A stretch of DNA of 63,786 nucleotides from Eubacteriales bacterium (lineage in GTDB: Bacteria; Bacillota; Clostridia; Oscillospirales; CAG-272), in assembly GCA_045126815.1 (NCBI GenBank), contig JBGVPD010000075.1:1-63786 (forward strand), read 5' to 3'. The first letter of the stretch is position 1. Each line of letters begins with the position of its first letter. Below the pieces are notes generated by a model that saw only the letters and a program-made list of their open reading frames with translations, ran no database searches and was not told the DNA's origin. Positions 37,955 to 46,853 of this stretch are shown here, in pieces. The position numbers and the translations under genes were made by a program.

Positions 37955-38365
37955 TTAACCAATATACGCTTTAAGCTCTGCGGGAACTTCTTCAACAGGG
38001 ATCGAAGATGTCATTACAAGCTCAATGTTGTGATCAGCGCACATCTTGTCAGCTTTTTCAACAAATTTAATAAATTCAGCCATGTCATCGCCACAGATCT
38101 TAAGAGCCGAATCAATAAAAATGTTAGCTACGTCATAGTTGCTCGCGTATGTACCGGATACAAATCCGTAAAGCATATGAGCATCATTGATTCCGTATTC
38201 TTCTGTGTTTACAAGTCTTGCTTTATTTTTTATTTCGTGGGTAAGTTTACTTCCCTTTTCGATAACAACAACGCAACCACTTACAGAATCGAGCGCTGTG
38301 TTAGCCAAGTTAATAAGAGTTTTGGTCTTACCTGTTCCTTTAACGCCTACAATTAATTTCAACAT
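37955..38365 (-). CDS. Orphan minimal P-loop NTPase, 136 aa (function unknown)
   Basis: N-terminal Walker A MLKLIVGVKGTGKTKT and a Walker-B-like NIFIDSA. ATG 38365 follows GGAG. Confidence 0.7.
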   Translation of the reverse strand: MLKLIVGVKGTGKTKTLINLANTALDSVSGCVVVIEKGSKLTHEIKNKARLVNTEEYGINDAHMLYGFVSGTYASNYDVANIFIDSALKICGDDMAEFIKFVEKADKMCADHNIELVMTSSIPVEEVPAELKAYIG

Positions 38366-38476
38366 ATTTACTCCGTTTTCCCGGTGACAGATGTATTTCT
38401 TTGTGGGTAAACGGGAAGTCACCGATTCCCGAAAACCATATTATTAAGGAGTATATAATTTAGTTAAATATTTCCT
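38366..38476 (-). promoter_or_regulatory. Structured 5' leader (candidate cis-regulatory RNA) of the P-loop gene
   Basis: Hairpins TTAAGGA..TCCTTAA and CGGGAA-TCGGTGAC-TTCCCG. The loop GGTGAC is complementary to a downstream GTCACC. A second CGGGAA adjoins the SD. Confidence 0.35.
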
Positions 38477-38482
38477 TAACCT

Positions 38483-38511
38483 ATTATACAATAAAATTGA
38501 TGTTTTGGCAA
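38483..38511 (-). promoter_or_regulatory. Sigma-A promoter of the P-loop gene leader
   Basis: Minus strand: TTGCCA, 17-nt spacer, TATAAT. Confidence 0.7.
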
Positions 38512-38529
38512 GTAGTTACGAAAATATTT

Positions 38530-39870
38530 TTAACCAATTCTTGACTTTAATTCTTCGCGTCTCTTATCGTGTTCTTTACCGGGTTTACCTAACAATGCAT
38601 ACATATTGTTTTTGTAACCCTCAACACCGGGCTGATCAAAGGGATTAACACCCAAAATATATCCTGAAAGACCACAAGCCTTTTCGAAGAAATATACAAG
38701 ATATCCAAAGTTATATTCGTCTCTCTTATCAATTTCAAGAACGATATTGGGGACTCCGCCATCGTTATGCGCAAGAGCTGTTGCAATATATGCTGTATGG
38801 TTAACAAACTCCATAGATTTGCCGCTTATGAAGTTAAGACCGTCAAGATCTCTCGGGTCATCAGGAATAGTTACCGAATGCTGTGATTCCTTAACGTCAA
38901 CAATAGTTCCAAAAAGGGTACGTTCGCCCTCTTGAATGATCTGTCCCAACGAATGAAGATCTGTAGAGAATGTAACAGATGCCGGGAAAATACCCTTATT
39001 GTCTTTACCTTCACTTTCGCCGTAAAGTTGTTTCCACCACTCAGATGTCATCTGGAGCGCACTTTCGTAAGTTTCAAAAACTTCGATCTTCTTACCCTTG
39101 CGGTAAAGAATATTTCTGATTGCAGCGTATTTATAGCAATCATTTTTTTCAATATCAGTATCTGTAAATGCTTTTCTTGCATCTGCAGCGCCCTGCATCA
39201 TTTTCCCTATATCCGCACCTGATACAGCAATAGGTAAAAGACCTACAGCGGTAAGAACTGAGTATCTGCCGCCGATGTCATCAGGAACTACGAAAGTTTC
39301 ATAACCTTTCTCAATAGAAAGTTCTTTCAATGTTCCCTTTTCTTTGTCGGTCGTAACAAATATTCTGTCTTTTGCTCCCTCTTCGCCGTATTTATCTTCA
39401 AGAAGTTTTCTGAATATTCTGAAAGCAATAGCGGGTTCGGTTGTCTTTCCGGATTTAGATATAACGTTTATGCATATATCTTTGCCCTCACAGATCTGTA
39501 GAAGTTCAGCCATAGCTGATGAGCTGATGCTGTTCCCAGCAAAATAAATATCGGGAGTATCCTTTTTTAATGTATTGTAAAGTGGGCTTTTTACAAATTC
39601 AATAGCCGCTCTTGCCCCCAAATAAGAGCCGCCGATGCCGATCACAACTAAAATATCGCATGATTTTTTAATTTTTTCTGCAGCAGCTATAATACGAGCA
39701 AATTCATCTGTATCATAATTTACGGGAAGATCAATCCATCCGAGAAAATCGCTTCCTGCGCCCTTTCTGTTCATAAGAATATCATCGGCTTTTGTAACTT
39801 CAGGCTGAATAGCTTTTAGCTCTTCTTTTGTTACAAATCCGTCAAGGTATTTTTCGTTTAACTTAAGCAT
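38530..39870 (-). CDS. pgi: Glucose-6-phosphate isomerase
   Basis: 446 aa of the Firmicute-type PGI: [32 protein letters not shown]. Confidence 0.97.
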   Translation of the reverse strand: MLKLNEKYLDGFVTKEELKAIQPEVTKADDILMNRKGAGSDFLGWIDLPVNYDTDEFARIIAAAEKIKKSCDILVVIGIGGSYLGARAAIEFVKSPLYNTLKKDTPDIYFAGNSISSSAMAELLQICEGKDICINVISKSGKTTEPAIAFRIFRKLLEDKYGEEGAKDRIFVTTDKEKGTLKELSIEKGYETFVVPDDIGGRYSVLTAVGLLPIAVSGADIGKMMQGAADARKAFTDTDIEKNDCYKYAAIRNILYRKGKKIEVFETYESALQMTSEWWKQLYGESEGKDNKGIFPASVTFSTDLHSLGQIIQEGERTLFGTIVDVKESQHSVTIPDDPRDLDGLNFISGKSMEFVNHTAYIATALAHNDGGVPNIVLEIDKRDEYNFGYLVYFFEKACGLSGYILGVNPFDQPGVEGYKNNMYALLGKPGKEHDKRREELKSRIG

Positions 39871-39946
39871 TTGTCTTCCTCCGTTGTTTTATTGATTATA
39901 TGATACTATGATTATTAATTTTTTTCAATAGATATTTCTAAAAAAA

Positions 39947-41107
39947 TTAAAGCAAGAGCATTTTTTTGGCAATTTTTAACACTAAATCAACATAAGAAAG
40001 TCTTTCTACCGATTCGCCTGCAAAAATATTTACTCTTCCTACTTCGTTACCGTTTAACGTGTAAATTATTTCCCCTAACCTATCACCTGCATTTATAGGT
40101 GCTTGTATCTTATCTTGAAGAGTTACGTTGGATTGTATATTCTTGCCTTCACCCTTACCTGTCAATATCGATAATTTGGGATAATAAGTATTTATCTCTT
40201 CTTTTTTACCACCCAGTACTTTTACTGTACCCGCACTTCCCTCTTCATATTCATTTACGGAGTAATTTGCAAACCCGTAATCAAGTAATTTTTTGGCACA
40301 CTCGTTTCTGATATCTCTGGTTGGAGAACCCATAATGACTGCAATAAGCTGCATTCCGTCGCGTTTAGCTGTTGCGGATATACAGAATTTTGCTTTTGAT
40401 GTTGAGCCCGTTTTTAGTCCGTTTGCACCCTTATAAAATCTTATAAGTCTATTCGTATTTGTAAGACCGAACGCCCCGTTTCTGATCGTATCCATCCAAA
40501 TATTTGTATAATTGAGTATGGTTTTATGTTTAAGTAGTTCGCGGGACATAATTGCTATATCCATAGCGCTTGTTACATGATTAACAGTATTGTCATCAAG
40601 CCCGGTCGGGTTTTCAAAATTGGTATTGTTCATACCCAGTTCTTTTGCTCTTTCGTTCATTTTTGCAACAAACGCATCTACACTTCCCGCAATATTTTCA
40701 GCTAATACTACTGCCGCATCATTTGCTGATGCAACAACGACTGATTTCAACAGGTCTTCTACAGTCATTTCCTCGTTAGGCTCAATAAATACTTGAGAGC
40801 CCCCCATAGACGATGCATATTCACTAGCATGTAAAGTGTCACTTAGCTTAATATTTCCGATATCAATAGCTTCCATAACCAACAATAAAGTCATTATTTT
40901 TGTTACCGAAGCAGGAGGGAGTGCGGCAGAAGCGTTCATTTCATAAAGAATATTTCCGGTTGACGCTTCCATTAATACAGCTCCCTGACAATCAAGCTCA
41001 AGTTTAGGTACATCATTTGCGTTTGTTGTTATTATCAATGAGAATAACGTGACGATAATCAGCAACAAAGAAGTTATTTTTTTTGCTGTGTTTTTTATAG
41101 TAACCAC
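39947..41107 (-). CDS. D-alanyl-D-alanine carboxypeptidase (PBP5/DacB/DacF family)
   Basis: Signal peptide, SVTK (SxxK), SAND (SxN), KTGST (KTG), and a C-terminal PBP5 beta domain. Confidence 0.9.
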   Translation of the reverse strand: MVTIKNTAKKITSLLLIIVTLFSLIITTNANDVPKLELDCQGAVLMEASTGNILYEMNASAALPPASVTKIMTLLLVMEAIDIGNIKLSDTLHASEYASSMGGSQVFIEPNEEMTVEDLLKSVVVASANDAAVVLAENIAGSVDAFVAKMNERAKELGMNNTNFENPTGLDDNTVNHVTSAMDIAIMSRELLKHKTILNYTNIWMDTIRNGAFGLTNTNRLIRFYKGANGLKTGSTSKAKFCISATAKRDGMQLIAVIMGSPTRDIRNECAKKLLDYGFANYSVNEYEEGSAGTVKVLGGKKEEINTYYPKLSILTGKGEGKNIQSNVTLQDKIQAPINAGDRLGEIIYTLNGNEVGRVNIFAGESVERLSYVDLVLKIAKKMLLL

Positions 41108-41165
41108 CCCGTTTTTTTAATATTATTATAAACTATGCCCATATACGTTTCTTTATTCATTAAAC

Positions 41166-41192
41166 AGAAAAAAGCCCGAAAATTATCGGGCA
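41166..41192 (-). terminator. Terminator after the deacetylase gene (overlaps its stop)
   Basis: Minus strand: GCCCGA-TAATTT-TCGGGC followed by T6. Confidence 0.7.
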
Positions 41193-41875
41193 TTTGTTCT
41201 TTGTTCATTTGAGATAAGTTCGGAAACACATACAAAACTAAAACCTTTTTCCTTTAACAAAGGAATAATTTTATCAAGCGCCTCAGGTGTAGGGCTGTTT
41301 CTTGAAATATAATCGTGAAATAATATGATGGAACCGTTTTTTACGTTATCAGATATATTATTCACTATTTCGTTCACCCCTCTGTGCGCCCAGTCACGTG
41401 TGTCGATATCCCAAAGAACTATCTTATAATTCAATTCTTTGGCAGTTTCGATTATCTCACTGTTTATAACTCCACCGGGCGGTCGAAACAAACGGGTGTT
41501 ATAATGGCACAGTTCATAAATGAAATCCTCACTTTTTATTATTTCATTTCTGATATCTCTGTTTTTACTTTTTTTCATATCCAAGTGCGAAAAAGTATGG
41601 TTTCCTATTTCGTGACCTTCATCTGCTATTAAGCGCAACACGTCGGGATAATAAGTTGCATTTTGTGCAATTACAAAAAAAGTTGCTTTCACTCCATACT
41701 TATCCAATACGGAAAGTATTTCTTTCGTCTGTCGTGGGTGTGGCCCGTCATCAAAAGTCAATGCAATTTTGTTTTCCTCTGTGTTAGCACACTTATATAT
41801 GAGTTTATCTTCTCGTGCAGATATATTACACGAAAATAAAAAAATTATAATAAGCAGTATTACAACTTTTTTCAC
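41183..41875 (-). CDS. Polysaccharide deacetylase (NodB family, PdaB-like)
   Basis: LTFDDGPHP, GHEIGNHTFSH, LFRPPGG motifs; signal peptide. Confidence 0.85.
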   Translation of the reverse strand: MKKVVILLIIIFLFSCNISAREDKLIYKCANTEENKIALTFDDGPHPRQTKEILSVLDKYGVKATFFVIAQNATYYPDVLRLIADEGHEIGNHTFSHLDMKKSKNRDIRNEIIKSEDFIYELCHYNTRLFRPPGGVINSEIIETAKELNYKIVLWDIDTRDWAHRGVNEIVNNISDNVKNGSIILFHDYISRNSPTPEALDKIIPLLKEKGFSFVCVSELISNEQRTNAR

Positions 41876-42646
41876 TTACTTCCCCTTTGTCAATTCGTCG
41901 ACACTTCCGAACCTGTATCCGTTTTCTTCCCACATAGTCATTACTCTGTCAAGAATATCAGCGTTTGTTTTAGAAGTCGGATGAAGTAAAACCACCATAC
42001 CGTTGTGTGTGTTATCCATTATTTTTTTAACAGCATATTCTTCGCTTGGTTGTTTGTTGTTGTCCCAATCAGCGTATGCAAAACTCCAGAATACCGTCTT
42101 ATATCCCAATTCGTTTGCAAATTGTAAATTACTCTTATTAAATTTCCCCTCAGGTGGACGGTAGTATTTTGCCATATCGTATCCGGTATATTCTTTATAG
42201 ATCTGCTCAAGTGATTTCAACTCAGCTTCAAAATCATTAATATTATCAACTTTAGTCATATCTTTGTGCTTTGCGGTATGGTTGCATACAATATGCCCTT
42301 CTTCAGCCATTCTTTTTACAAGATCAGTATTCCTTATTATAAGGTTTTCAAGAATAAAAAACGAGCCTTTTGCTTGATGTTTTTTCATAGTGTCAAGAAT
42401 TTTTTCGATATTTCCGTTTTCATATCCTGCATCAAAAGTTAAATATATAACTTTATCATCTTCTTTTGCATTCTTATCAACGTAATAAGCACCGTATTGT
42501 TCAACATAATCAAGTCCTTTGTCACTTTCAGGTTGCAAGTGATTTTTATTGCGTATTATACTCCAGTTTTCAGCTAATACTGTTAACGGAGCACATAACA
42601 ACGTCAGTGATAAAAGTAAAATTAAACTTTTTTTATAAATCAACAT
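41876..42646 (-). CDS. pdaA: Delta-lactam-biosynthetic de-N-acetylase PdaA-like
   Basis: YLTFDAGYENGN is characteristic of PdaA; also GHIVCNHT and YYRPPEG. Signal peptide. Confidence 0.8.
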   Translation of the reverse strand: MLIYKKSLILLLSLTLLCAPLTVLAENWSIIRNKNHLQPESDKGLDYVEQYGAYYVDKNAKEDDKVIYLTFDAGYENGNIEKILDTMKKHQAKGSFFILENLIIRNTDLVKRMAEEGHIVCNHTAKHKDMTKVDNINDFEAELKSLEQIYKEYTGYDMAKYYRPPEGKFNKSNLQFANELGYKTVFWSFAYADWDNNKQPSEEYAVKKIMDNTHNGMVVLLHPTSKTNADILDRVMTMWEENGYRFGSVDELTKGK

Positions 42647-42753
42647 ATATTCCCTCCAATCTTTTGGTTATATATAATAGTTTGATGCTATAACGGCTTA
42701 TACATACTTAGATACAGGTGTCTTTTTTATTGCATTTATGTAAAAAAATGAAA

Positions 42754-42792
42754 AAGACCGTTTTGTTTGTAATCATACAAACAAGCGGTCTT
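42754..42792 (-). terminator. Terminator after the TetR gene
   Basis: Minus strand: AAGACCGCTTGTTTGTA..TACAAACAAAACGGTCTT followed by TTTCATTTTTTT. Confidence 0.75.
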
Positions 42793-42798
42793 GAAAGA

Positions 42799-43305
42799 TT
42801 AGTGTTTGACTGTTGTGCTTAAAATCGACGACAATTCTTCTGGAGTTTCAAAAAAATCACGTTTTACCCATTCATCAACAATGCCGTATACACCGTATGA
42901 TAAAAATCTACTCTTATAATATTCCGTAGGTGTGTGTCTGTGTTGTTTTAGAATAACTTGGTAAAAAGCATCGTATATCGTTGATTGCAACCCTGATTTA
43001 TATATCAATCTATATAAATCTTTATATTTAAAACTGAAATTAAAAAAGTCAATGGCATTGTCAATAGTGTACTGTTGGTCTTTGATTATATTGTGTTCGT
43101 CACACCAATTGTACCATAAGCCAATTATCTTATACGTTAATGCTTCCGGTTTAGACGAAAAGTTTCTGAACCACGATGCGCGCCCTACTCCTGCTCTTTC
43201 TGTTATTTCTGAAACCGAAATCTTGTCTAAAGATTTCTCTTTTAATAATTCTATTATTGCGTCTGACATGCAGTTTTTTAAAAATTCGGTATTGCTTTTT
43301 CTCAT
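42799..43305 (-). CDS. TetR/AcrR-family transcriptional regulator
   Basis: N-terminal HTH ISVSEITERAGVGRASWFRNF; 168 aa; divergent from the acyl-CoA ligase gene. Confidence 0.85.
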   Translation of the reverse strand: MRKSNTEFLKNCMSDAIIELLKEKSLDKISVSEITERAGVGRASWFRNFSSKPEALTYKIIGLWYNWCDEHNIIKDQQYTIDNAIDFFNFSFKYKDLYRLIYKSGLQSTIYDAFYQVILKQHRHTPTEYYKSRFLSYGVYGIVDEWVKRDFFETPEELSSILSTTVKH

Positions 43306-43331
43306 ATTTACTCCATTTAATCTCGGTTATA

Positions 43332-43357
43332 TGATACTTTTTGAGGTAATAGTATCA
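43332..43357. promoter_or_regulatory. Inverted repeat TGATACT-N12-AGTATCA (candidate TetR operator 1)
   Basis: Seen directly in the tetR/acyl-CoA ligase intergenic region. Confidence 0.3.
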
Positions 43358-43372
43358 AAATAACAACATAAC

Positions 43373-43401
43373 TTGACAATGATTTAAAAAAATATTATAC
43401 T
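43373..43401 (+). promoter_or_regulatory. Sigma-A promoter of the acyl-CoA ligase gene
   Basis: TTGACA, 17-nt spacer, TATACT. Confidence 0.7.
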
Positions 43402-43408
43402 GTTTATG

Positions 43409-43424
43409 TGATACGAAAGTATCA
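43409..43424. promoter_or_regulatory. Palindrome TGATAC-GAAA-GTATCA (candidate TetR operator 2, at the transcription start)
   Basis: Perfect 6-4-6 palindrome 8 nt downstream of the -10. It shares the GATAC half-site with operator 1. Confidence 0.45.
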
Positions 43425-43481
43425 TTTTGATGATTGATTATATCACGAAACCTAAAAAATTTCAAGCAGGAGAATAATTTG

Positions 43482-45173
43482 ATGAAAAATACTAAACTCA
43501 GAGAAAAAGTTGAGTTTTCAACTGTTAAAGACCTTGTTGAAAAAGTATGCGAAACGTATAAAGGAGACTGTGTTTACTCTTTTAGAAACGCGCCAAGAGA
43601 CAAAGAGATTATAAAAGTTACTTACGAAGAATTTAGAAATGACGTCAGAGCGCTTTCTACAGAATTTATTGCAAGAGGGTATAAAGATAAACATATTACG
43701 ATAATAGGCAAATTAACATATTCGTGGATCTGTGTATACTGGGCAGCACTTTCGACCGGATGCGTTCTTGTTCCCCTTGATCCCGAGTGGACGGCAGACG
43801 ACCTTGCTGATACTGCACTAAAGGCGCATACCCATACTTTGTTTATAAGCAAAGATATTACAGCTAAAGCTGATACTATCAAAGAAAAAGCGCAAATTGA
43901 AGATTTGTTTATCATTGAAGGTGAAGAAGAAAACACCGTAAGAGGTTTGATAGAATCAGGAAAGAAAAGAATGGCTGATGGAGATAACTCTTACTTCGAA
44001 AACGAACCCGATGCTGAAAAAATGGCGCTTCTCGTGTTCACCTCAGGTACAACAGGTAAAGGTAAAGGCGTTATGCTGTCACAAAAGGCGATTCTTTCTG
44101 ATCTGGCTGACGTTATCCCCTACGTATCTTTCCGTAAAAAAACAATAGCTCTCCTTCCCCCTCACCATACATACGGTTCAAGTGTTGCTATACTTGGTCA
44201 AACATCAATCGGTTGTGAGATCTATATTTCTGCGGGTATAAAATACATTCAAAAAGAACTCAAAGAACAGAAACCCGGTCACATAGTACTCGTTCCTCTT
44301 TATCTCGAAACATTCTACAGAAAAATACAAGCAAACATCAAAGAACAAGGAAAAGAAGCCCTTGTCAATAAGATGATGAAATTAAGCGGCAGATTGCTTA
44401 AAGTCGGTGTTGACATAAGAAGGAAGCTTTTCAAAAATATTCTTGACGTATTCGGCGGAGAAACTACAATGGTTATATCCGGCGGAGCTCCTATCAGCCA
44501 AGAAGTAATGGATTTCTTCAACGGTATCGGCATCAGCGTTCTTAACGGTTACGGCATAACCGAATGCGCTCCTATCATAGCAGTAAACCACAGTAAGTTT
44601 CCCGTTAAAGGCAGTGTTGGATTTCCTCTTACGATCGATGACGTAAAAATTGACTCTCCGAACGAAGACGGAGAGGGTGAAATATGCGTAAAAGGACCTA
44701 ACGTAATGCTTGGTTATTACGAGGACGAACAAACAACTGCCGAAGCATTCGATGAAGAGGGATACTTTAAGACAGGTGACTACGGTAAATTCGATAAATA
44801 CGGCGCATTACACATTACCGGCAGACTTAAAAACTTGATCATTCTTTCCAACGGAAAGAACGTTTATCCCGAAGAGATCGAAAGTGAATTAGCATCCGTT
44901 CCCGGAGTTCTTGATATTATCGTATATGAAGGACAAAGCAAACGCGGAATTGAGCACAATCAAATCGTAGCGGAAATATTCCCCGATAAAGAATATATTG
45001 AGAAAAACAACATTACAGACGTTCAGGCATATTTACAGGAATATGTAAACAACTACAACAGAAACGCTGTTCCCTATAAAAAGATCGGTATTCTTAAAGT
45101 AAGAGACGAGGACTTCCCCAAAAACACGCTCCGCAAAATCATGAGATTTAAACTTGATATGTCAATTGATTAA
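43482..45173 (+). CDS. AMP-binding long-chain fatty-acid--CoA ligase
   Basis: LVFTSGTTGKGKGVMLS (A3 motif), YGITE, TGDYG, and KNLIILSNGKNVYPEEIE. ATG 43482 follows AGGAG. Confidence 0.9.
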   Translation: MKNTKLREKVEFSTVKDLVEKVCETYKGDCVYSFRNAPRDKEIIKVTYEEFRNDVRALSTEFIARGYKDKHITIIGKLTYSWICVYWAALSTGCVLVPLDPEWTADDLADTALKAHTHTLFISKDITAKADTIKEKAQIEDLFIIEGEEENTVRGLIESGKKRMADGDNSYFENEPDAEKMALLVFTSGTTGKGKGVMLSQKAILSDLADVIPYVSFRKKTIALLPPHHTYGSSVAILGQTSIGCEIYISAGIKYIQKELKEQKPGHIVLVPLYLETFYRKIQANIKEQGKEALVNKMMKLSGRLLKVGVDIRRKLFKNILDVFGGETTMVISGGAPISQEVMDFFNGIGISVLNGYGITECAPIIAVNHSKFPVKGSVGFPLTIDDVKIDSPNEDGEGEICVKGPNVMLGYYEDEQTTAEAFDEEGYFKTGDYGKFDKYGALHITGRLKNLIILSNGKNVYPEEIESELASVPGVLDIIVYEGQSKRGIEHNQIVAEIFPDKEYIEKNNITDVQAYLQEYVNNYNRNAVPYKKIGILKVRDEDFPKNTLRKIMRFKLDMSID

Positions 45174-45191
45174 AAATTTATAGATAAAAAA

Positions 45192-45217
45192 ATAACCTCT
45201 GAATATTCAGGGGTTAT
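45192..45217. terminator. Bidirectional terminator (acyl-CoA ligase and vanZ-like genes)
   Basis: ATAACCTCTGAA / TTCAGGGGTTAT stem (one G-U pair) flanked by A7 and T5. Confidence 0.8.
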
Positions 45218-45665
45218 TTTTGTTTGTTTTGTGTCTGATTGTATATACCAAATAAAATGTGTAAATTGCCAACGTTGCAGAAAAGAAATCAAGCCAAACA
45301 TCTAACAACATAGAGCCTCTGTTCGAAAAATGTTGAATAGTTTCGTCTGTCATAGCCACAATACACGAGGCAAATACCGTATAAAAAGTATTGTTAAGCG
45401 AAACAACTTTATCAATCAACAAATAACCGAACAACGATGCACCGAGAACAAAAAACTCTGTAAAATGCGCGAGTTTTCTGACTACGACGTGCTTAATCAT
45501 AAACGGAGAATTAACTTTCTCCAAAAAGTTATTAATAGATTCTACAATAGCTCCGCTTTGGTTAGCGGAATCTTCCCTCGATGCAATTGAATTACCGAAT
45601 ATAAACGAAAGAAGCAACAATAAATATACAAAATAAAGTATTTTTTTAACAATTTTATTATTCAT
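45207..45665 (-). CDS. VanZ-family membrane protein
   Basis: VRKLAHFTEFFVLG motif; four TM segments; 8-nt overlap with deoB. Confidence 0.8.
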   Translation of the reverse strand: MNNKIVKKILYFVYLLLLLSFIFGNSIASREDSANQSGAIVESINNFLEKVNSPFMIKHVVVRKLAHFTEFFVLGASLFGYLLIDKVVSLNNTFYTVFASCIVAMTDETIQHFSNRGSMLLDVWLDFFSATLAIYTFYLVYTIRHKTNKNNP

Positions 45666-46845
45666 CTGATCTATCCTTTTTTATTTCATGAGCAAACGAT
45701 CTTCCGTAAATATCGTTTTTTATATCAAACAACTCTAGTATCGTTTTGCCGATATCCGCAAAAGATTCTCTTGTTCCTAAATTAATACAACCTACTTTTT
45801 CACCGAAGATGACCATCGGCGTATATTCTCTGGAATGGTCGGTGCTCTCTGTCGAAGGATCGCAACCGTGATCGGCTGTGATGATCAGTATATCTTCTTC
45901 TTTTAAGTTGTTTTTAAAATCGTTCAGCCAACTGTCAAACAAGTTCAGAGCTTCAGTATACCCTAAAATGTTGTTTCTGTGACCATAAACAGAATCAAAA
46001 TCCACAAGGTTTATAAAACACAAGCCGTTAAAACTTTTATCCAAAAGGTTAAATGTTTTCTCCATACCGTCCATGTTTGATTTTGTTGGGTGTGATTCAG
46101 TGATTCCTCTGCCGGCAAAAATATCTCTTATTTTACCAACCGAAATCACGTCATAACCATTTGATTTAAGCAAATCAAGCGCAGTATTTTTAGGAGGCTC
46201 AACAGAGTAATCGTGACGGTTTGAGGTTCTGGTGTAGTTTGGATAATCCCCCGTAAAAGGTCTGGCTATTACTCTGCCAACATTATGTTCACCCTTAAGC
46301 ATATCTCTTGCGATCTCACAATACTTGTACAGTTCTTCAATAGGGACAACCTCTTCTTTTGCCGCAATTTGAAATACGCTGTCGGAGGAAGTATAAACTA
46401 TCAAATCTCCGCTGTTCTCGTGTTGTTTTCCGTAATCAAGAATTACTTGAGTGCCCGAATACGGCTTATTACATATAACTTTTTTTGAAGTCCTTCTCTC
46501 GAATTCAGCTATTAAATCATCGGGGAATCCTTCAGGATATACGGGAAAACCTTTTTCGGATACTACGCCCATTATTTCCCAATGTCCAACAGTTGTATCT
46601 TTGCCGCAAGATTTTTCAACCATACGAGCATAAGATGCTGTTGGCTCTGTGCGTTTGTCACCAAAATCAACGCCGTCTATATTAAACAAGCCCATTGATG
46701 ACAAACAAGGGATATTTAATTTACCGGAATTATACAATGACTTTAGTGTATTACTTCCCTTATCATTATAAACATCGGCATCCGGCATTTCGCCTATTCC
46801 TAAGCTATCAAGGACGATAAGAAATACACGCTTAATAAAAACCAC
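45658..46845 (-). CDS. deoB: Phosphopentomutase
   Basis: VFLIVLDSLGIG, ITADHGCDP. The true start may be ATT at 46836-46834 (IKRVFLIVLDS aligns with the usual MKRVFLIVLDS), 5 nt after GAGGTGG. Confidence 0.95.
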   Translation of the reverse strand: MVFIKRVFLIVLDSLGIGEMPDADVYNDKGSNTLKSLYNSGKLNIPCLSSMGLFNIDGVDFGDKRTEPTASYARMVEKSCGKDTTVGHWEIMGVVSEKGFPVYPEGFPDDLIAEFERRTSKKVICNKPYSGTQVILDYGKQHENSGDLIVYTSSDSVFQIAAKEEVVPIEELYKYCEIARDMLKGEHNVGRVIARPFTGDYPNYTRTSNRHDYSVEPPKNTALDLLKSNGYDVISVGKIRDIFAGRGITESHPTKSNMDGMEKTFNLLDKSFNGLCFINLVDFDSVYGHRNNILGYTEALNLFDSWLNDFKNNLKEEDILIITADHGCDPSTESTDHSREYTPMVIFGEKVGCINLGTRESFADIGKTILELFDIKNDIYGRSFAHEIKKDRSDE

Positions 46846-46853
46846 CTCGAATT

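Noticed and set aside
37772-38356. 194-aa plus-strand ORF spanning the spoVB-like 3' end, two terminator hairpins and the P-loop gene in antisense
   Set aside because: It crosses two strong terminators and an intergenic repeat. The minus-strand P-loop ORF has a Walker A motif, an RBS and a promoter, so the plus ORF is spurious.
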